A stretch of 32,000 bases of DNA from Acaryochloris marina MBIC11017 (GCF_000018105.1 NC_009931.1:122962-154961), one strand, 5' to 3'; positions 18,469-25,748 are shown, numbered from the stretch's first letter. Numbers and translations: made by a program. Notes: generated from the sequence alone by a model not told the origin.

Positions 18469-18577
18469 GTCTCTCCCAGCAACGCCACCAATCTGGACGT
18501 CTTTGAGAACTCCACCAGAGAAATTTATACTCTGCTTTGATGGTTATTTAGACTGTTCACTCATAGCAGGGCTAGCC

Positions 18578-19012
18578 CTATAGCAGGAAGCCTGATGCAA
18601 CTCCTAGCCAGGGAGTGACTTTTTCCACGATTGGTTTGATCTTTTTCCAAAGATTGGACCCTGCTGCTACAGTCTCACCTGCTTCTTTGAGAACAGTAGT
18701 AGCCTTTTTAAGGCTTTTGGCTGCGTAGTCTTTGTCAGGTTCCTCAGCTTGAACTTCTTCCTTAGCTGATTCCAGGTGTCGAAGTGCTTTGCTGGCTTGT
18801 TCTTTTGGTAGTTCTGTACTCTTTAATAAAGCTTCCAGTTGGGTGATGAGGTCAACGACATCAGCTTGCGTTAGTTGAACTTCCGTTCCATCTGTCCCAA
18901 TCTGTTGGGTCTGGGTCACCGTCTGATCGCCTCCAGCTATTCCACCTATCTGGACGTTGGAGTTTTGACCACCGCTGATACTGATAGATTGGGAAGGCTT
19001 TTCTTCTGACAT
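18578..19012 (-). CDS. Small tail-anchored protein with G/Q/N-rich N-terminal motif (candidate partner of the NACHT protein)
   Basis: 144 aa. The N-terminus is SQSISISGGQNSNVQIGGIAGGDQTVTQTQQIG, followed by a charged helical middle and a C-terminal hydrophobic segment VTPWLGVASGFLL. It ends 13 nt before the ATG at 18564 of the NACHT reading frame, on the same strand. Confidence 0.7.
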   Translation of the reverse strand: MSEEKPSQSISISGGQNSNVQIGGIAGGDQTVTQTQQIGTDGTEVQLTQADVVDLITQLEALLKSTELPKEQASKALRHLESAKEEVQAEEPDKDYAAKSLKKATTVLKEAGETVAAGSNLWKKIKPIVEKVTPWLGVASGFLL

Positions 19013-19167
19013 AGCTTTAGTAGCAATGTAATTTAGTACTTTGCTAAGTATCAGTCCAGCTACTGGATATTATGCTTTTCTTTAATAAAATTAGAGCTTT
19101 AATAATTAGAGAGTCAAAGTTCTTCACTCTTCATCTGAAAAAAAGCTCAAATTTTTTTCTGTGAACC

Positions 19168-22100
19168 TCACCGACGAGGAGATCGCCGTTGATGCTGTTG
19201 CTGCTCCTGGGTAATCTCATTCGCCAACTGCCCCAGATCCTCAAATTTGGCTTGCACCTCTGGGTTGTCAGACATCCGTAAGATCTGGCCCACCTTGACT
19301 TCCAGAATCACCTGACCCGTGTGCTTATCCGTGATGCTGGTATAGCCTCTGCCTGACCTGAGCCGCCAGTTGTCCCCTTCAGAAACGTAGTCGCCCCCTT
19401 GAGCCTCTTCTTGGCCGTAAGCGTGAGTAATCACTCTCACCGCAGCACAGGTTTGACTTGCGAGGCTGTTCCGTTGATTCTCAACCTCCTGATCTATTGG
19501 CTGAGTTGTTTTCTGGAATTCAGAAAGCGTCTGAGCCTGGGCCGTCACATGCAGGAGATGGCCTGCTCGATACCTCAGCAAAACTCGATTTGACTCTTTC
19601 TCCCTAATCATCGTGGTTAGTGGCCCGTGGGTCATAACCCAGGATGGGGTGAAGTAAACCCTGACTCGTCCATGCTGAGAGCCATGTTTTTGAGCCATCG
19701 CTTGGACAATAGGCACCATTGCCATACCAACCTCGGTCTTATGCTTTTGAAGCTCAAGCGCTTTCTCCATTAGGTATTCGCGCTCATAGATGTGCTTAGA
19801 TCCAGCCTCAATAAACCGATACCCATCTTCAAGTTCTCCTCGACGGCTAGCCTCCATGAACACCTCTAGATCCATCCGCTCTGGGGCAAGATCCCCATCT
19901 CGACGCTGAACGAACTCCACCAGCTTGCGATAACGGTATTGATAATGTTTGAGGGCAATTTCTTCAAACGGTCTGGTCCTTGAAATCGCCAGCTCTAATT
20001 GCTTCGGACCCGCCCCCACAATCAGATCATCAACGCCTTTATGTTGGTTATCCCATTTAGAAGCGGATACCGAACAGCCTTCTTTGACCAACAGTTCACC
20101 CGCTCTCACTAAATCCTGACGGACATTCACGATGGTTAAAGGCTTAGTTTCTTGGTCATATAGGAAATTGAAGTGACGACCGGGAACAGCGAAGACAGCC
20201 AAACCAGGATGGAGTTGTCTTATAGGAAGTTTTTTCTTATTGTCATCATTGGCCCGGTATCCACCATTCACACCCGGCAGACCAATCGTGACATGGCCTT
20301 GAGAGTTCACCGCTAGTGTCTTCTTGCCACCCTCCGTAATATTGATGGGAATCTGGGGATTGTCCTTGACCACTGACCAAAAATGCTTCCCTGGCCTGGG
20401 TGTGATGCCGTACTGGTCATAGATCGTTTGGGCTAACCACTCAGGGACATGAGTTAAGAAAATCTCTCGGCTGACATCCGCTGGATGCTCATACTTTTGC
20501 GGTCTGTTCCTGCGGTAATCCATGCGAGGATGATCGGGTTTGAGGCTTCCCCAAAGGGATTCCGTGGGTTCTGGGTCATCCAATGAACTAGCGAGAACCC
20601 CCGCTTTAATCCAGAACCCCCCATCAGGAACATCCCTTAGCTTGGCAAACTCCTCAGAAATCTCTTTAACGACAACCTGCCCTGCGCCCATATCCTCAAT
20701 CTTCGTGGACAACAACCGTTCCAAGATTTCTTGTCCCGCGATGGTTTCACAGTTCAACTCAGCGAGATCTGGGTGAATACCACTGCCTGCTAGCAGCTCC
20801 TGCCAATGCCCCTCAGCAATGGGGAAGGATGCCTCCATGAGTTTTTTGGGGTTTGTTTCTGGAGTCCAGAACACCTTAATGAATTTGGGCTTAGGTGTGA
20901 TGTTGATCCCCTTCCCTTGTAATCGTTCAGCTAGGGTCTTCAATTCCTCCGTGATCGGTCCCTCAGCCACGGCTCCAACCTCCCGCATGTCCCTCACCGT
21001 CTGCCCCAACTCCTGCATCTCTAGGGTTTGGCCAATCATCTGCTGGACTTGCTTCACGGCCTCGTCAACCCCCTCTAAATGTTGGGTGATGGCAGCCTCA
21101 GCCCGCCGCTGGGCGATGGCCTCAGCAAGATTCTTCATCCCTTCATACTCGTAGATAGAGGGCTGTGACTGTAGCTGTTCTATGGAAGTCGCAAGTTCAG
21201 CTAGGGAAGCTTCTAGTCCACTATTGAGTAAGGTTTTCTCTGCATTAATGTCGTGAATCGTCCCCGCTAGTTTAGCCATGCCCGCATAGTCCGCTTGATT
21301 CACCTGAGCCACTTGCTGAGTTAAGCGATCCAGTTTGTCCAGCAGTCCCAGTTGATCCAAAGCTTGCATGTCTTGGTGGGTTTGCCATGTCTGAGCCAAC
21401 TGACCCATCCCTTGATATTGATAGGGCTGAATGGGGAGTTGCTCTAGGGCTTCCGTTAACTGAGCAAGAGATTCGTATATCTCTCTCTGGGCCTGTACCG
21501 TCTGAATCTTCTCGGCTAAGGCACCCATAGACGGATAGATAGGAGAGTTCAGGCGTTCGACCTGTTGCTGGATCTGCTCCAGAACACCGCTCTCACTCAG
21601 CGCCTGGATGTTCTGATGTTGAGTGATGGTTTTGGCTAATCCAGCCATGCCTTGGTACTGGTGACCCTGGAGCTGCTGAATTGTCTCCGCTATCGGCGCA
21701 AGGGCATTCACGAGCTGCTGTTGGGATTGCCATTCTCGGATTGAGCGAACCAGCCTTTGCATTTGGGGGTAGAGAACGGGTTGAGCCTCTGCCCGTTCCA
21801 AGGCTGCGTCGAGGTGTTCTACGGCATCTGGTTGGTCGGCCTCCACCTCAGCGATTGCATCCGTTAGCCCTCGACTCGCCTGCCATTCCTGCAGGCCCGC
21901 ATCCATCGCCCGGATCTGCTCTCGGTAGGTAACCTGTTCCACTGCCTCATCAATCTGGTCAAGGACGTACTGAATCTGCGTGAGATGTTCCGTGAGGTCT
22001 TGTTGTTCTTGCCGTTGGGTGATCGATGCCGCGAGGTTACCCATGTCATAGGTCGGGGGCTGGGGTTCCTCCATGCCTTCGGATAGCTGGTTAACTGCCT

Positions 22101-25100
22101 GATCCAATCCACTCGCTACGATCAGCTGAGCATTTTGATACGCGGTCCAGGATCGGGCTAATCCTGCGAGGGCGTCTCCGAGCTGGGAGCGCTCTTGCCG
22201 TTGGTGGGCATCACTGAAGTCAAGAGACCGCTGTTCTGGAGTTGTTGTTTGATGGACTTGATCTCCTCTGCCGCCGTCTCCACTCCCGCGTTCAGTTGCA
22301 GGTAAGTCATACCGGAGAAGTTCATCTTCTGGGTCAGATCCTCCATTGCTTTCGTTAATTTGGCGATGGATTCCGCCATCTTCTCCGACTTCTGGGCGTC
22401 CAAGGCGTCTTGGAGCTGTTCGATGAAGTGCTGGAGTTCGCCCCTGACGAGATGGGGTAACGTCCCCAACTCCTGGTTGACGCGGAGGTTCAATGTATCG
22501 ATTTTCTCCTCCACTCCTTGAACGGACTGACTGAGAATTTCCATCACCGTGGCTTGGGTTTGCTGTGCGTCCAGGATAGTCTTCTGGTGCTCCAGAATCG
22601 TGTCCAATTTGGCTTCCAGATTGCTCATGATAATCCTTTAATAATTCAGTGGCATTGTCTTGAGCGATACTTTCACTGACTCGCTCATCTAGTTTTTTGA
22701 AACTCTGGCAATAGATAACAATCTCATGGGATTGCCGTGAAATCTTGACGTAGAAAGGCTCTTTAGAGGAGGTGGGATCATTGGTGCTGCTGATGACCAC
22801 CCGCTTGCGACTTTGCCCTTGGGCACGGTGGGCCGTATGCACCAGCGCATAGTCCAGGCAAACGGGATGATCGAGGGAGATAGTGCGGTGCTGGCCCTCC
22901 TCATCTATGACATGCAGGGTGCTGCCCTCGATGGCTACTACCTTGACCTCATCTCCGTTAGACCATTTCTGCTCCTTGTTGTTATGGGTCCAGCGCAGAT
23001 CATCCCCCACGGCGACATTTAGATTTTGAACCTCATAGACCTCCTTATGCTTGTACTTGCTGGGATTGAAGTGATAGAGCCGCCCCCCTGAACTGCTAAC
23101 AAGCAGCTCATCTCCTAACCTACGCTCCACCCGGTAAAGCTTGTCTTTCTGAAGGGGCGTACTGCGATAGTTCTTCTTCTGAAGCTGGATATAATCCCCC
23201 ACTTGGTAGAACTGAACCAGCCGTTTTTGCTCAATCGTCAGATGGCGACTGGCCAGTTGCTGGATATGGTGATCCTCTTCCCCCAACGTCCCCTCTGCCT
23301 TTAGGCCCTGACGGAGTAAGGACATGATCGCTAGTCTTTCCTTGTTCGTGCCCGTGACGAGTAGCGTCTCGGCCCGTTCTTCTGGGCTGAGCTGAAGATA
23401 GTAGTCAGCAAAGGTTTGCTGTCGAATATCTTCGTCTTTGATTTCTTGGATATAGCCATGCTCTTTTAAGAGGCTGACGGCATTTAGCCCCTGACCTTTG
23501 GCAATGAGAGAGACGGCCCGCTTTTGCACGGTGTTGCGCTGGCGCACAATCTGGCTGATATGGAAGGTGGTTGCCCCCGCCCGAATCAGAGACCGCATGG
23601 GGGAACCCGCTGTAATACTGGGGTTTTGCTTGGTATCTCCCACAAATAGAACACGGGCATTCGCTGCCCTGGCCCGACCCAGCAATTCCAACATTTGCTG
23701 TGACCCAATCATCCCTGCCTCGTCTACAATCCACAGTTGATGGGGGGCTAGACTCGGCTTGCTCACTAAGAGCTTGGCGACGGTATTGGTTTTGATACCC
23801 AGTTCCTTGCCTAACACCTTAGAGGCTTTAGTCGTGGGAGCATACCCTTGGATATCGAGGTTGAGATGAGTCAGAACCTGTTTCAATTGGCCCAACGTCC
23901 GGGTTTTCCCCACCCCCGCTAACCCATGCCAGAGGATAAATTGATCTGAGTGGGCCAAGGTTTTAGCCACTGCTTCTAGTTGCCCGACATTTAAACCGCT
24001 CTCTTTGAGCAGCTCCCTAACGCTGTACTCGGACATTAAGGGGGTTTGGGTTTGCCGTCCTAAGTCCCAGCTCTGATGAATGGCTGCTTCTCGCTCCAAT
24101 GCCGCTACGGTGGTGAATCGTTCCGTATTGTTCACCTGATCTCGCAGGGTCAGCAATTCCTCACAGGCTGACATGGCTTGGCTTATATCCTCGAAGCGGA
24201 ACTGGCGGATATTGCCGAAAACAAACTGCTCAATCTGCTCACGGGTAAAGGTAATGGAGCGTTCACTAAGATGGTTGATGGCACTGTGCAACGCCGTCGT
24301 CACCTGATCCGGTCGATACTCAAATTGAGGACTGAGATCCGGTTGAGGCATCCGGTAGTCTAAGGTTTGGGCCGCTTGCTGCCAGACGGCTTGTAAATCT
24401 GTGAGCTTCTGGCCCGGTTCCTTGGCTTTACGGCTTTTAAGGCAAGCGGTTTGCTTGTTTGCGGTGGTTGCTTCTAAACCATCTTTTTCGAGCTGTTTAA
24501 AGATCTGCTGAGAGCGCTTGGAGAAGGTTTCAACCTGCTCACGAGTAATTCCCTCAATCTCAAACGCATCCTTCGTGGCATAGATCTTGTATCCCAAGTT
24601 CTGAATATTCTCAGCCAGGTATTGCCGATAGATTTGCCCCAAGCATTCCTGCATATACATCAGGTCATTCTTACGGCTGCGCCAGGTGCCGTCTGGCATC
24701 TGGGTCGTATTCATCACTAGGGCATGGGTATGCACCTGTGGATCATTGGCCCTGGAGGTGTGGTGGTTAATCAGGGCAATCACCAGATTCTTCGTATTGA
24801 GGGTATGGCGAACCCCCCCGATCATCACCCGTGTTTGTCCATATCGCTCTTGGACGATATCCAGGGTGCGCTTGACGGCTTGCAGGTGGGCATCAAATAG
24901 GCGATAGTCACAGCCAATATGCAGGACCATTGAGGCACTTTTAGGCATGGAAAAAGTGAAGTCATCCCCCACCCGTTCCTTGTGCTTTTCGTTCTTGGGA
25001 AAACCCCTCAGCCTCTCCCCTTCCAGGTTGTAGCCATAGAAAACTTTTTTAAAGTCAGCCCGGTGGACATTTCCCTGTAAACCGAGGGCATAAGCGCCAT

Positions 25101-25296
25101 AGCCATACCATTGAGCGCGGACGAGCTTTCGTAGAGCGGCTGCTTTGGATTCAGCCTCACTGACCGTTTTCCCCTTCCCCTTCTTCTGTACCGACTTGGA
25201 AACATCAGGGCTGTAGTAATCCACCAGCCCCTCATCCTGGAGGTAATAGTCTTCTTTTTCTTTGCAGCCCGTCTGCACGGGCACAATCTTCAGCAT
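19168..25296 (-). CDS. MOBF (TrwC/TraI-type) relaxase - helicase - coiled-coil repeat - Toprim (DUF3854-like) fusion protein
   Basis: 2042 aa. The N-terminus carries YY...DYY, FTFSMPKSAS and the His triad HHTSRANDPQVHTHALV (approx 24724-24765). The helicase has Walker A GLAGVGKT (approx 23902-23925), LWIVDEAGMIG, VLFVGDTKQ and YALVHTAHRAQGQSR. A low-complexity linker and ~8-9 degenerate 40-45-aa repeats follow. Toprim-like INITEGGKKTLAV ... KGVDDLIV lies at approx 20000-20420. Confidence 0.9.
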   Translation of the reverse strand: MLKIVPVQTGCKEKEDYYLQDEGLVDYYSPDVSKSVQKKGKGKTVSEAESKAAALRKLVRAQWYGYGAYALGLQGNVHRADFKKVFYGYNLEGERLRGFPKNEKHKERVGDDFTFSMPKSASMVLHIGCDYRLFDAHLQAVKRTLDIVQERYGQTRVMIGGVRHTLNTKNLVIALINHHTSRANDPQVHTHALVMNTTQMPDGTWRSRKNDLMYMQECLGQIYRQYLAENIQNLGYKIYATKDAFEIEGITREQVETFSKRSQQIFKQLEKDGLEATTANKQTACLKSRKAKEPGQKLTDLQAVWQQAAQTLDYRMPQPDLSPQFEYRPDQVTTALHSAINHLSERSITFTREQIEQFVFGNIRQFRFEDISQAMSACEELLTLRDQVNNTERFTTVAALEREAAIHQSWDLGRQTQTPLMSEYSVRELLKESGLNVGQLEAVAKTLAHSDQFILWHGLAGVGKTRTLGQLKQVLTHLNLDIQGYAPTTKASKVLGKELGIKTNTVAKLLVSKPSLAPHQLWIVDEAGMIGSQQMLELLGRARAANARVLFVGDTKQNPSITAGSPMRSLIRAGATTFHISQIVRQRNTVQKRAVSLIAKGQGLNAVSLLKEHGYIQEIKDEDIRQQTFADYYLQLSPEERAETLLVTGTNKERLAIMSLLRQGLKAEGTLGEEDHHIQQLASRHLTIEQKRLVQFYQVGDYIQLQKKNYRSTPLQKDKLYRVERRLGDELLVSSSGGRLYHFNPSKYKHKEVYEVQNLNVAVGDDLRWTHNNKEQKWSNGDEVKVVAIEGSTLHVIDEEGQHRTISLDHPVCLDYALVHTAHRAQGQSRKRVVISSTNDPTSSKEPFYVKISRQSHEIVIYCQSFKKLDERVSESIAQDNATELLKDYHEQSGSQIGHDSGAPEDYPGRTANPSHGDGNSQSVRSRSGGENRYIEPPRQPGVGDVTPSRQGRTPALHRTAPRRLGRPEVGEDGGIHRQINESNGGSDPEDELLRYDLPATERGSGDGGRGDQVHQTTTPEQRSLDFSDAHQRQERSQLGDALAGLARSWTAYQNAQLIVASGLDQAVNQLSEGMEEPQPPTYDMGNLAASITQRQEQQDLTEHLTQIQYVLDQIDEAVEQVTYREQIRAMDAGLQEWQASRGLTDAIAEVEADQPDAVEHLDAALERAEAQPVLYPQMQRLVRSIREWQSQQQLVNALAPIAETIQQLQGHQYQGMAGLAKTITQHQNIQALSESGVLEQIQQQVERLNSPIYPSMGALAEKIQTVQAQREIYESLAQLTEALEQLPIQPYQYQGMGQLAQTWQTHQDMQALDQLGLLDKLDRLTQQVAQVNQADYAGMAKLAGTIHDINAEKTLLNSGLEASLAELATSIEQLQSQPSIYEYEGMKNLAEAIAQRRAEAAITQHLEGVDEAVKQVQQMIGQTLEMQELGQTVRDMREVGAVAEGPITEELKTLAERLQGKGINITPKPKFIKVFWTPETNPKKLMEASFPIAEGHWQELLAGSGIHPDLAELNCETIAGQEILERLLSTKIEDMGAGQVVVKEISEEFAKLRDVPDGGFWIKAGVLASSLDDPEPTESLWGSLKPDHPRMDYRRNRPQKYEHPADVSREIFLTHVPEWLAQTIYDQYGITPRPGKHFWSVVKDNPQIPINITEGGKKTLAVNSQGHVTIGLPGVNGGYRANDDNKKKLPIRQLHPGLAVFAVPGRHFNFLYDQETKPLTIVNVRQDLVRAGELLVKEGCSVSASKWDNQHKGVDDLIVGAGPKQLELAISRTRPFEEIALKHYQYRYRKLVEFVQRRDGDLAPERMDLEVFMEASRRGELEDGYRFIEAGSKHIYEREYLMEKALELQKHKTEVGMAMVPIVQAMAQKHGSQHGRVRVYFTPSWVMTHGPLTTMIREKESNRVLLRYRAGHLLHVTAQAQTLSEFQKTTQPIDQEVENQRNSLASQTCAAVRVITHAYGQEEAQGGDYVSEGDNWRLRSGRGYTSITDKHTGQVILEVKVGQILRMSDNPEVQAKFEDLGQLANEITQEQQQHQRRSPRR
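22158..22628 (-). CDS. Embedded ORF in the +1 frame of the relaxase linker: 156-aa coiled-coil protein (possible relaxosome accessory protein)
   Basis: The ATG at 22628 is preceded by AAGGA (22638-22634) with a 5-nt spacer. An in-frame TAA lies three codons upstream of the ATG. The translation is protein-like (MSNLEAKLDTILEHQKTILDAQQ...). By hand count, 115 of 156 codons end in G/C. The relaxase frame over the same bases is Gly/Arg/Pro/Ser low complexity with many A-ending codons. Confidence 0.5.
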   Translation of the reverse strand: MSNLEAKLDTILEHQKTILDAQQTQATVMEILSQSVQGVEEKIDTLNLRVNQELGTLPHLVRGELQHFIEQLQDALDAQKSEKMAESIAKLTKAMEDLTQKMNFSGMTYLQLNAGVETAAEEIKSIKQQLQNSGLLTSVMPTNGKSAPSSETPSQD

Positions 25297-25305
25297 CGGA
25301 AAAGG

Positions 25306-25611
25306 CTACAGAAAGCGAACGAAAAGCCAGGTTGCCCGGCACCAAGCATGGATCAGGCGTTGTAGCAGATTGGGATATCTCCCCCGTTGATTCTGTTCCG
25401 TGACGGTCTTTGCTCCACCTAGCCACTGGTGAATAAAGGTATGGGAGCCAGGGGACAGGGGGAGCAAATCCAACCAGATCCACTCATGGCCATAGCGTTT
25501 GTAATTCGTGTGATGGACATGGGCATAGCCATAGGTTCTGACCCAAGGACGCAGGGCACAGCGGTACTTCCAAGCAGCTAGGGTGCGTTTGCGAAGTTTG
25601 GCGTCCGTCAT
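25306..25611 (-). CDS. Small HNH-like protein with degenerate Cys ligands, immediately upstream of the relaxase gene
   Basis: MTDAKLRKRTLAAWKYRCAL...AHVHHTNYKRYGHEWIWLDLLPLSPGSHTFIH follows the HNH pattern (C..C ... HH..Y...G.E...DL..LC..CH..IH), but most Cys positions are replaced. The ATG at 25611 overlaps the stop of the preceding mini-ORF (TGATG). It ends 10 nt before the relaxase ATG. Confidence 0.45.
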   Translation of the reverse strand: MTDAKLRKRTLAAWKYRCALRPWVRTYGYAHVHHTNYKRYGHEWIWLDLLPLSPGSHTFIHQWLGGAKTVTEQNQRGRYPNLLQRLIHAWCRATWLFVRFL

Positions 25612-25748
25612 CACCACATGGATCTAAAAAACATCGCCGTAATGACGGTCGTTAATGTCCCCGCCCATCCAATGAGGCGCATCAGTGGTGTGTATCGACA
25701 TACCAAATAAAAAATAACTAGACCGACGAAGATGTCAAAGTGACTCAT
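25611..25748 (-). CDS. 45-aa hydrophobic mini-protein (not in the supplied ORF track)
   Basis: On the minus strand, AAGGAG lies 7 nt upstream of the ATG at 25748. The translation is MSHFDIFVGLVIFYLVCRYTPLMRLIGWAGTLTTVITAMFFRSMW, with two hydrophobic segments. Its stop is coupled to the next ATG. Confidence 0.4.
   Translation of the reverse strand: MSHFDIFVGLVIFYLVCRYTPLMRLIGWAGTLTTVITAMFFRSMW

Noticed and set aside
19134-19160. A7 ... T7 pairing (CTGAAAAAAAgctcaaaTTTTTTTCTG) just downstream of the relaxase stop, considered as a terminator
   Set aside because: The stem is A:T only and therefore very weak. I cannot support calling it a rho-independent terminator.
21681-25286. Other alternative-frame ORFs inside the relaxase gene (21681..21932 +, 21864..22112 -, 22689..22904 -, 22813..23022 +, 23405..23734 -, 23498..23740 +, 24178..24363 +, 24686..24907 +, 25008..25286 -)
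   Set aside because: Unlike 22158..22628, their translations are Arg/Pro/Ser/Cys/Trp-rich and not protein-like. They lack an SD plus ATG, and they overlap well-conserved catalytic domains.
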